Of a stretch of 64,000 bases of DNA, positions 49,901 through 61,900 are shown one piece after another (the stretch's first letter is position 1; the number at the start of each line of letters is the position of its first letter). The translations under genes and the position numbers were made by a program. This DNA comes from Auanema rhodensis (taxonomy: Eukaryota; Animalia; Nematoda), in assembly GCA_964057225.1 (NCBI GenBank), contig OZ059897.1:16182001-16246000 (forward strand), written 5' to 3'. The notes under the pieces are model-generated. The model worked only from the letters and a program-made list of their open reading frames with translations, was not told where the DNA came from and did no database searches.

Positions 49901-52900
49901 TCACAAAAAAGTTCAGGCTGTAGTCACGTTCTGCCCGGTGAATGAACATTTTTTTCAAAAATCATCTACTAAAATCTAATAAAAATAGTCTGAGGTTGGA
50001 TATTCAGATGTGTAGAATCTCAAACTCCTAGTGAGATTTGGCTAGGACTTCTGCTTTTTCCGGAAAAGGGGTTTATACCGAGACCATCCACAAGATTTGT
50101 TCACAAAAAAGTTCAAGCTGTAGTCACGTTCTGCCCGGTGAATGAACATTTTTTTCAAAAATCATCTACTAAAATCTAATAAAAATAGTTTGAGGTTGGG
50201 TATTCAGATGTGTAGAATCTCAAACTCCTAGAGAGATTTGGCTAGGACTTCTGCTTTTTCCGGAAAATGGGTTTATACCGAGACCATCCACAAGATTTGT
50301 TCACAAAAAAGTTCAGGCTGTAGTCACGTTCTGCCCGGTGAATGAACATTTTTTTCAAAAATCATCTACTAAAATCTAATAAAAATAGTTTGAGGTTGGG
50401 TATTCAGATGTGTAGAATCTCAAACTCCTAGTGAGATTTGGCTAGGACTTCTGCTTTTTCCGGAAAAGGGGTTTATACCGAGACCATCCACAAAATTTGT
50501 TCACAAAAAAGTTCAGGCTGTAGTCACGTTCTGCCCGGTGAATGAACATTTTTTTCAAAAATCATCTACTAAAATCTAATAAAAATAGTTTGAGGTTGGG
50601 TATTCAGATGTGTAGAATCTCAAACTCCTAGTGAGATTTGGCTAGGACTTCTGCTTTTTCCGGAAAATGGGTTTATACCGAGACCATCCACAAAATTTGT
50701 TCACAAAAAAGTTCAAGCTGTAGTCACGTTCTGCCCGGTGAATGAACATTTTTTTCAAAAATCATCTACTAAAATCTAATAAAAATAGTCTGAGGTTGGA
50801 TATTCAGATGTGTAGAATCTCAATTTCCTAGAGAGATTTGGCTAGGACTTCTGCTTTTTCCGGAAAAGGGTTTTATACCGAGACCATCCACAAGATTTGT
50901 TCACAAAAAAGTTCAGGCTGTAGTCACGTTCTGCCCGGTGAATGAACATTTTTTTCAAAAATCTTCTACTAAAATCTAATAAAAATAGTTTGAGGTTGGG
51001 TATTCAGATGTGTAGAATCTCAATTTCCTAGTGAGATTTGGCTAGGACTTCTGCTTTTTCCGGAAAAGGGGTTTATACCGAGACCATCCACAAGATTTGT
51101 TCACAAAAAAGTTCAGACTGTAGTCACGTTCTGCCCGGTGAATGAACATTTTTTTCAAAAATCTTCTACTAAAATCTAATAAAAATAGTTTGAGGTTGGG
51201 TATTCAGATGTGTAGAATCTCAATTTCCTAGAGAGATTTGGCTAGGACTTCTGCTTTTTCCGGAAAAGGGTTTTATACCGAGACCATCCACAAGATTTGT
51301 TCACAAAAAAGTTCAGGCTGTAGTCACGTTCTGCCCGGTGAATGAACATTTTTTTCAAAAATCATCTACTAAAATCTAATAAAAATAGTTTGAGGTTGGG
51401 TATTCAGATGTGTAGAATCTCAATTTACTAGTGAGATTTGGCTAGGACTTCTGCTTTTTCCGGAAAAGGGGTTTATACCGAGACCATCCACAAGATTTGT
51501 TCACAAAAAAGTTCAAGCTGTAGTCACGTTCTGCCCGGTGAATGAACATTTTTTTCAAAAATCATCTACTAAAATCTAATAAAAATAGTTTTAGGTTGGG
51601 TATTCAGATGTGTAGAATCTCAATTTCCTAGTGAGATTTGGCTAGGATTTCTGCTTTTTCCGGAAAAGGGGTTTATACCGAGACCATCCACAAGATTTGT
51701 TCACAAAAAAGTTCAGGCTGTAGTCACGTTCTGCCCGGTGAATGAACATTTTTTTCAAAAATCATCTACTAAAATCTAATAAAAATAGTTTGAGGTTGGG
51801 TATTCAGATGTGTAGAATCTCAATTTCTTAGTGAGATTTGGCTAGGATTTCTGCTTTTTCCGGAAAAGGGGTTTATACCGAGACCATCCACAAGATTTGT
51901 TCACAAAAAAGTTCAGACTGTAGTCACGTTCTGCCCGGTGAATGAACATTTTTTTCAAAAATCATCTACTAAAATCTAATAAAAATAGTTTGAGGTTGGG
52001 TATTCAGATGTGTAGAATCTCAATTTCCTAGTGAGATTTGGCTAGGACTTCTGCTTTTTCCGGAAAAGGGGTTTATACCGAGACCATCCACAAGATTTGT
52101 TCACAAAAAAGTTCAGGCTGTAATCACGTTCTGCCCGGTGAATGAACATTTTTTTCAAAAATCATCTACTAAAATCTAATAAAAATAGTTTGAGGTTGGG
52201 TATTCAGATGTGTAGAATCTCAAACTCCTAGTGAGATTTGGCTAGGACTTCTGCTTTTTCCGGAAAAGGGGTTTATACCGAGACCATCCACAAGATTTGT
52301 TCACAAAAAAGTTCAAGCTGTAGTCACGTTCTGCCCGGTGAATGAACATTTTTTTCAAAAATCATCTACTAAAATCTAATAAAAATAGTTTGAGGTTGGG
52401 TATTCAGATGTGTAGAATCTCAATCTCCTAGTGAGATTTGGCTAGGACTTCTGCTTTTTCCGGAAAAGGGGTTTATACCGAGACCATCCACAAGATTTGT
52501 TCACAAAAAAGTTCAGGCTGTAGTCACGTTCTGCCCGGTGAATGAACATTTTTTTCAAAAATCATCTACTGAAATCTAATAAAAATAGTTTGAGGTTGGG
52601 TATTCAGATGTGTAGAATCTCAATCTCCTAGTGAGATTTGGCTAGAACTTCTGCTTTTTCCGGAAAACGGGTTTATACCGAGACCATCCACAAAATTTGT
52701 TCACAAAAAAGTTCAGGCTGTAGTCACGTTCTGCCCGGTGAATGAACATTTTTTTCAAAAATCTTCTACTAAAATCTAATAAAAATAGTTTGAGGTTGGG
52801 TATTCAGATGTGTAGAATCTCAATTTCCTAGAGAGATTTGGCTAGGACTTCTGCTTTTTCCGGAAAAGGGTTTTATACCGAGACCATCCACAAGATTTGT

Positions 52901-55900
52901 TCACAAAAAAGTTCAGGCTGTAATCACGTTCTGCCCGGTGAATGAACATTTTTTTCAAAAATCATCTACTGAAATCTAATAAAAATAGTTTGAGGTTGGG
53001 TATTCAGATGTGTAGAATCTCAATTTCCTAGTGAGATTTGGCTAGGACTTCTGCTTTTTCCGGAAAAGGGTTTTATACCGAGACCATCCACAAAATTTGT
53101 TCACAAAAAAGTTCAGGCTGTAATCACGTTCTGCCCGGTGAATGAACATTTTTTTCAAAAATCATCTACTGAAATCTAATAAAAATAGTTTGAGGTTGGG
53201 TATTCAGATGTGTAGAATCTCAATTTCCTAGTGGGATTTGGCTAGGACTTCTGCTTTTTCCGGAAAAGGGGTTTATACCGAGACCATCCACAAGATTTGT
53301 TCACAAAAAAGTTCAGGCTGTAATCACGTTCTGCCCGGTGAATGAACATTTTTTTCAAAAATCTTCTACTAAAATCTAATAAAAATAGTTTGAGGTTGGG
53401 TATTCAGATGTGTAGAATCTCAAGCTCCTAGTGAGATTTGGCTAGGACTTCTGCTTTTTCCGGAAAAGGGGTTTATACCGAGACCATCCACAAGATTTGT
53501 TCACAAAAAAGTTCAGGCTGTAGTCACGTTCTGCCCGGTGAATGAACATTTTTTTCAAAAATCATCTACTGAAATCTAATAAAAATAGTTTGAGGTTGGG
53601 TATTCAGATGTGTAGAATCTCAATCTCCTAGTGAGATTTGGCTAGAACTTCTGCTTTTTCCGGAAAACGGGTTTATACCGAGACCATCCACAAAATTTGT
53701 TCACAAAAAAGTTCAGGCTGTAGTCACGTTCTGCCCGGTGAATGAACATTTTTTTCAAAAATCTTCTACTAAAATCTAATAAAAATAGTTTGAGGTTGGG
53801 TATTCAGATGTGTAGAATCTCAATTTCCTAGAGAGATTTGGCTAGGACTTCTGCTTTTTCCGGAAAAGGGTTTTATACCGAGATAAAAATAGTCTGAGGT
53901 TGGGTATTCAGATGTGTAGAATCTCAATTTCCTAGTGAGATTTGGCTAGGACTTCTGCTTTTTCCGGAAAAGGGGTTTATACCGAGACCATCCACAAGAT
54001 TTGTTCACAAAAAAGTTCAAGCTGTAGTCACGTTCTGCCCGGTGAATGAACATTTTTTTCAAAAATCATCTACTAAAATCTAATAAAAATAGTTTGAGGT
54101 TGGGTATTCAGATGTGTAGAATCTCAATTTCCTAGTGAGATTTGGCTAGGACTTCTGCTTTTTCCGGAAAAGGGGTTTATACCGAGACCATCCACAAGAT
54201 TTGTTCACAAAAAAGTTCAGACTGTAGTCACGTTCTGCCCGGTGAATGAACATTTTTTTCAAAAATCTTCTACTAAAATCTAATAAAAATAGTTTGAGGT
54301 TGGGTATTCAGATGTGTAGAATCTCAATCTCCTAGTGAGATTTGGCTAGGACTTCTGCTTTTTCCGGAAAACGGGTTTATACCGAGACCATCCACAAAAT
54401 TTGTTCACAAAAAAGTTCAGGCTGTAGTCACGTTCTGCCCGGTGAATGAACATTTTTTTCAAAAATCTTCTACTAAAATCTAATAAAAACAGTTTGAGGT
54501 TGGATATTCAGATGTGTAGAATCTCAATTTCCTAGAGAGATTTGGCTAGGACTTCTGCTTTTTCCGGAAAAGGGTTTTATACCGAGATAAAAATAGTCTG
54601 AGGTTGGGTATTCAGATGTGTAGAATCTCAATTTCCTAGTGAGATTTGGCTAGGACTTCTGCTTTTTCCGGAAAAGGGGTTTATACCGAGACCATCCACA
54701 AGATTTGTTCACAAAAAAGTTCAAGCTGTAGTCACGTTCTGCCCGGTGAATGAACATTTTTTTCAAAAATCATCTACTAAAATCTAATAAAAATAGTTTG
54801 AGGTTGGGTATTCAGATGTGTAGAATCTCAAACTCCTAGTGAGATTTGGCTAGGACTTCTGCTTTTTCCGGAAAATGGGTTTATACCGAGACCATCCACA
54901 AAATTTGTTCACAAAAAAGTTCAGGCTGTAGTCACGTTCTGCCCGGTGAATGAACATTTTTTTCAAAAATCATCTACTAAAATCTAATAAAAATAGTCTG
55001 AGGTTGGATATTCAGATGTGTAGAATCTCAATTTCCTAGAGAGATTTGGCTAGGACTTCTGCTTTTTCCGGAAAATGGGTTTATACCGAGGCCATCCACA
55101 AGATTTGTTCACAAAAAAGTTCAGGCTGTAGTCACGTTCTGCCCGGTGAATGAACATTTTTTTCAAAAATCATCTACTAAAATCTAATAAAAATAGTTTG
55201 AGGTTGGGTATTCAGATGTGTAGAATCTCAAACTCCTAGTGAGATTTGGCTAGGACTTCTGCTTTTTCCGGAAAAGGGGTTTATACCGAGACCATCCACA
55301 AAATTTGTTCACAAAAAAGTTCAGGCTGTAGTCACGTTCTGCCCGGTGAATGAACATTTTTTTCAAAAATCATCTACTAAAATCTAATAAAAATAGTTTG
55401 AGGTTGGGTATTCAGATGTGTAGAATCTCAAACTCCTAGTGAGATTTGGCTAGGACTTCTGCTTTTTCCGGAAAATGGGTTTATACCGAGACCATCCACA
55501 AAATTTGTTCACAAAAAAGTTCAAGCTGTAGTCACGTTCTGCCCGGTGAATGAACATTTTTTTCAAAAATCATCTACTAAAATCTAATAAAAATAGTCTG
55601 AGGTTGGATATTCAGATGTGTAGAATCTCAATTTCCTAGAGAGATTTGGCTAGGACTTCTGCTTTTTCCGGAAAAGGGTTTTATACCGAGACCATCCACA
55701 AGATTTGTTCACAAAAAAGTTCAGGCTGTAGTCACGTTCTGCCCGGTGAATGAACATTTTTTTCAAAAATCTTCTACTAAAATCTAATAAAAATAGTTTG
55801 AGGTTGGGTATTCAGATGTGTAGAATCTCAATTTCCTAGTGAGATTTGGCTAGGATTTCTGCTTTTTCCGGAAAAGGGGTTTATACCGAGACCATCCACA

Positions 55901-58900
55901 AGATTTGTTCACAAAAAAGTTCAGGCTGTAGTCACGTTCTGCCCGGTGAATGAACCTTTTTTTCAAAAATCATCTACTAAAATCTAATAAAAATAGTTTG
56001 AGGTTGGGTATTCAGATGTGTAGAATCTCAATTTCCTAGTGAGATTTGGCTAGGACTTCTGCTTTTTCCGGAAAAGGGGTTTATACCGAGACCATCCACA
56101 AGATTTGTTCACAAAAAAGTTCAAGCTGTAGTCACGTTCTGCCCGGTGAATGAACCTTTTTTTCAAAAATCATCTACTAAAATCTAATAAAAATAGTCTG
56201 AGGTTGGATATTCAGATGTGTAGAATCTCAATTTCCTAGAGAGATTTGGCTAGGACTTCTGCTTTTTCCGGAAAAGGGGTTTATACCGAGACCATCCACA
56301 AGATTTGTTCACAAAAAAGTTCAGGCTGTAGTCACGTTCTGCCCGGTGAATGAACATTTTTTTCAAAAATCATCTACTAAAATCTAATAAAAATAGTTTG
56401 AGGTTGGGTATTCAGATGTGTAGAATCTCAATTTCCTAGTGAGATTTGGCTAGGACTTCTGCTTTTTCCGGAAAAGGGGTTTATACCGAGACCATCCACA
56501 AGATTTGTTCACAAAAAAGTTCAGGCTGTAGTCACGTTCTGCCCGGTGAATGAACATTTTTTTCAAAAATCATCTACTAAAATCTAATAAAAATAGTCTG
56601 AGGTTGGGTATTCAGATGTGTAGAATCTCAATTTCCTAGAGAGATTTGGCTAGGACTTCTGCTTTTTCCGGAAAAGGGGTTTATACCGAGACCATCCACA
56701 AGATTTGTTCACAAAAAAGTTCAGGCTGTAGTCACGTTCTGCCCGGTGAATGAACATTTTTTTCAAAAATCATCTACTAAAATCTAATAAAAATAGTCTG
56801 AGGTTGGATATTCAGATGTGTAGAATCTCAATTTCCTAGAGAGATTTGGCTAGGACTTCTGCTTTTTCCGGAAAAGGGGTTTATACCGAGACCATCCACA
56901 AGATTTGTTCACAAAAAAGTTCAGGCTGTAGTCACGTTCTGCCCGGTGAATGAACATTTTTTTCAAAAATCATCTACTAAAATCTAATAAAAATAGTCTG
57001 AGGTTGGATATTCAGATGTGTAGAATCTCAATTTCCTAGAGAGATTTGGCTAGGACTTCTGCTTTTTCCGGAAAAGGGGTTTATACCGAGACCATCCACA
57101 AGATTTGTTCACAAAAAAGTTCAGGCTGTAGTCACGTTCTGCCCGGTGAATGAACATTTTTTTCAAAAATCATCTACTAAAATCTAATAAAAATAGTCTG
57201 AGGTTGGGTATTCAGATGTGTAGAATCTCAATTTCCTAGTGAGATTTGGCTAGGACTTCTGCTTTTTCCGGAAAAGGGGTTTATACCGAGACCATCCACA
57301 AGATTTGTTCACAAAAAAGTTCAGGCTGTAGTCACGTTCTGCCCGGTGAATGAACATTTTTTTCAAAAATCTTCTACTAAAATCTAATAAAAATAGTTTG
57401 AGGTTGGGTATTCAGATGTGTAGAATCTCAATTTCCTAGTGAGATTTGGCTAGGATTTCTGCTTTTTCCGGAAAAGGGGTTTATACCGAGACCATCCACA
57501 AGATTTGTTCACAAAAAAGTTCAGGCTGTAGTCACGTTCTGCCCGGTGAATGAACATTTTTTTCAAAAATCATCTACTAAAATCTAATAAAAATAGTTTG
57601 AGGTTGGGTATTCAGATGTGTAGAATCTCAATCTCCTAGTGAGATTTGGCTAGGACTTCTGCTTTTTCCGGAAAAGGGGTTTATACCGAGACCATCCACA
57701 AGATTTGTTCACAAAAAAGTTCAAGCTGTAGTCACGTTCTGCCCGGTGAATGAACCTTTTTTTCAAAAATCATCTACTAAAATCTAATAAAAATAGTTTG
57801 AGGTTGGGTATTCAGATGTGGAGAATCTCAATCTCCTAGTGAGATTTGGCTAGGACTTCTGCTTTTTCCGGAAAAGGGGTTTATACCGAGACCATCCACA
57901 AGATTTGTTCACAAAAAAGTTCAGGCTGTAGTCACGTTCTGACCGGTGAATGAACATTTTTTTCAAAAATCATCTACTAAAATCTAATAAAAATAGTTTG
58001 AGGTTGGGTATTCAGATGTGTAGAATCTCAATTTCCTAGTGAGATTTGGCTAGGATTTCTGCTTTTTCCGGAAAAGGGGTTTATACCGAGACCATCCACA
58101 AGATTTGTTCACAAAAAAGTTCAGGCTGTAGTCACGTTCTGCCCGGTGAATGAACATTTTTTTCAAAAATCATCTACTAAAATCTAATAAAAATAGTTTG
58201 AGGTTGGGTATTCAGATGTGTAGAATCTCAATTTCTTAGTGAGATTTGGCTGGGATTTCTGCTTTTTCCGGAAAAGGGGTTTATACCGAGACCATCCACA
58301 AGATTTGTTCACAAAAAAGTTCAGGCTGTAGTCACGTTCTGCCCGGTGAATGAACATTTTTTTCAAAAATCATCTTCTAAAATCTAATAAAAATAGTTTG
58401 AGGTTGGGTATTCAGATGTGTAGAATCTCAATTTCCTAGTGAGATTTGGCTAGGATTTCTGCTTTTTCCGGAAAAGGGGTTTATACCGAGACCATCCACA
58501 AGATTTGTTCACAAAAAAGTTCAAGCTGTAGTCACGTTCTGCCCGGTGAATGAACATTTATTTCGAAAATCATCTACTAAAATCTAATAAAAATAGTTTG
58601 AGGTTGGGTATTCAGATGTGTAGAATCTCAATTTCCTAGTGAGATTTGGCTAGGACTTCTGCTTTTTCCGGAAAAGGGGTTTATACCGAGACCATCCACA
58701 AGATTTGTTCACAAAAAAGTTCAAGCTGTAGTCACGTTCTGCCCGGTGAATGAACCTTTTTTTCAAAAATCATCTACTAAAATCTAATAAAAATAGTTTG
58801 AGGTTGGGTATTCAGATGTGTAGAATCTCAATCTCCTAGTGAGATTTGGCTAGGACTTCTGCTTTTTCCGGAAAAGGGGTTTATACCGAGACCATCCACA

Positions 58901-61900
58901 AGATTTGTTCACAAAAAAGTTCAGGCTGTAGTCACGTTCTGCCCGGTGAATGAACATTTTTTTCAAAAATCATCTACTAAAATCTAATAAAAATAGTCTG
59001 AGGTTGGATATTCAGATGTGTAGAATCTCAATTTCCTAGAGAGATTTGGCTAGGACTTCTGCTTTTTCCGGAAAAGGGTTTTATACCGAGATAAAAATAG
59101 TCTGAGGTTGGGTATTCAGATGTGTAGAATCTCAATTTCCTAGTGAGATTTGGCTAGGACTTCTGCTTTTTCCGGAAAAGGGGTTTATACCGAGACCATC
59201 CACAAGATTTGTTCACAAAAAAGTTCAAGCTGTAGTCACGTTCTGCCCGGTGAATGAACATTTTTTTCAAAAATCATCTACTAAAATCTAATAAAAATAG
59301 TTTGAGGTTGGGTATTCAGATGTGTAGAATCTCAAACTCCTAGTGAGATTTGGCTAGGACTTCTGCTTTTTCCGGAAAATGGGTTTATACCGAGACCATC
59401 CACAAAATTTGTTCACAAAAAAGTTCAGGCTGTAGTCACGTTCTGCCCGGTGAATGAACATTTTTTTCAAAAATCATCTACTAAAATCTAATAAAAATAG
59501 TTTGAGGTTGGGTATTCAGATGTGTAGAATCTCAAACTCCTAGTGAGATTTGGCTAGGACTTCTGCTTTTTCCGGAAAATGGGTTTATACCGAGACCATC
59601 CACAAGATTTGTTCACAAAAAAGTTCAAGCTGTAGTCACGTTCTGCCCGGTGAATGAACATTTTTTTCAAAAATCATCTACTAAAATCTAATAAAAATAG
59701 TCTGAGGTTGGATATTCAGATGTGTAGAATCTCAATTTCCTAGAGAGATTTGGCTAGGACTTCTGCTTTTTCCGGAAAATGGGTTTATACCGAGACCATC
59801 CACAAGATTTGTTCACAAAAAAGTTCAGGCTGTAGTCACGTTCTGCCCGGTGAATGAACATTTTTTTCAAAAATCATCTACTAAAATCTAATAAAAATAG
59901 TTTGAGGTTGGGTATTCAGATGTGTAGAATCTCAAACTCCTAGTGAGATTTGGCTAGGACTTCTGCTTTTTCCGGAAAAGGGGTTTATACCGAGACCATC
60001 CACAAAATTTGTTCACAAAAAAGTTCAGGCTGTAGTCACGTTCTGCCCGGTGAATGAACATTTTTTTCAAAAATCATCTACTAAAATCTAATAAAAATAG
60101 TCTGAGGTTGGATATTCAGATGTGTAGAATCTCAATTTCCTAGAGAGATTTGGCTAGGACTTCTGCTTTTTCCGGAAAAGGGTTTTATACCGAGACCATC
60201 CACAAGATTTGTTCACAAAAAAGTTCAGGCTGTAGTCACGTTCTGCCCGGTGAATGAACATTTTTTTCAAAAATCATCTACTAAAATCTAATAAAAATAG
60301 TCTGAGGTTGGATATTCAGATGTGTAGAATCTCAATTTCCTAGAGAGATTTGGCTAGGACTTCTGCTTTTTCCGGAAAAGGGTTTTATACCGAGACCATC
60401 CACAAGATTTGTTCACAAAAAAGTTCAGGCTGTAGTCACGTTCTGCCCGGTGAATGAACATTTTTTTCAAAAATCATCTACTAAAATCTAATAAAAATAG
60501 TCTGAGGTTGGATATTCAGATGTGTAGAATCTCAAACTCCTAGTGAGATTTGGCTAGGACTTCTGCTTTTTCCGGAAAATGGGTTTATACCGAGACCATC
60601 CACAAGATTTGTTCACAAAAAAGTTCAGGCTGTAGTCACGTTCTGCCCGGTGAATGAACATTTTTTTCAAAAATCATCTACTAAAATCTAATAAAAATAG
60701 TCTGAGGTTGGGTATTCAGATGTGTAGAATCTCAATTTCCTAGTGAGATTTGGCTAGGACTTCTGCTTTTTCCGGAAAAGGGGTTTATACCGAGACCATC
60801 CACAAGATTTGTTCACAAAAAAGTTCAGGCTGTAGTCACGTTCTGCCCGGTGAATGAACATTTTTTTCAAAAATCTTCTACTAAAATCTAATAAAAATAG
60901 TTTGAGGTTGGGTATTCAGATGTGTAGAATCTCAATTTCCTAGTGAGATTTGGCTAGGATTTCTGCTTTTTCCGGAAAAGGGGTTTATACCGAGACCATC
61001 CACAAGATTTGTTCACAAAAAAGTTCAGGCTGTAGTCACGTTCTGCCCGGTGAATGAACCTTTTTTTCAAAAATCATCTACTAAAATCTAATAAAAATAG
61101 TTTGAGGTTGGGTATTCAGATGTGTAGAATCTCAATCTCCTAGTGAGATTTGGCTAGGACTTCTGCTTTTTCCGGAAAAGGGGTTTATACCGAGACCATC
61201 TACAAGATTTGTTCACAAAAAAGTTCAGGCTGTAGTCACGTTCTGCCCGGTGAATGAACATTTTTTTCAAAAATCATCTACTAAAATCTAATAAAAATAG
61301 TCTGAGGTTGGGTATTCAGATGTGTAGAATCTCAATTTCCTAGTGAGATTTGGCTAGGACTTCTGCTTTTTCCGGAAAAGGGGTTTATACCGAGACCATC
61401 CACAAGATTTGTTCACAAAAAAGTTCAGGCTGTAGTCACGTTCTGCCCGGTGAATGAACATTTTTTTCAAAAATCATCTACTAAAATCTAATAAAAATAG
61501 TTTGAGGTTGGGTATTCAGATGTGTAGAATCTCAATCTCCTAGTGAGATTTGGCTAGGACTTCTGCTTTTTCCGGAAAAGGGGTTTATACCGAGACCATC
61601 CACAAGATTTGTTCACAAAAAAGTTCAAGCTGTAGTCACGTTCTGCCCGGTGAATGAACCTTTTTTTCAAAAATCATCTACTAAAATCTAATAAAAATAG
61701 TTTGAGGTTGGGTATTCAGATGTGTAGAATCTCAATCTCCTAGTGAGATTTGGCTAGGACTTCTGCTTTTTCCGGAAAAGGGGTTTATACCGAGACCATC
61801 CACAAGATTTGTTCACAAAAAAGTTCAGGCTGTAGTCACGTTCTGACCGGTGAATGAACATTTTTTTCAAAAATCATCTACTAAAATCTAATAAAAATAG

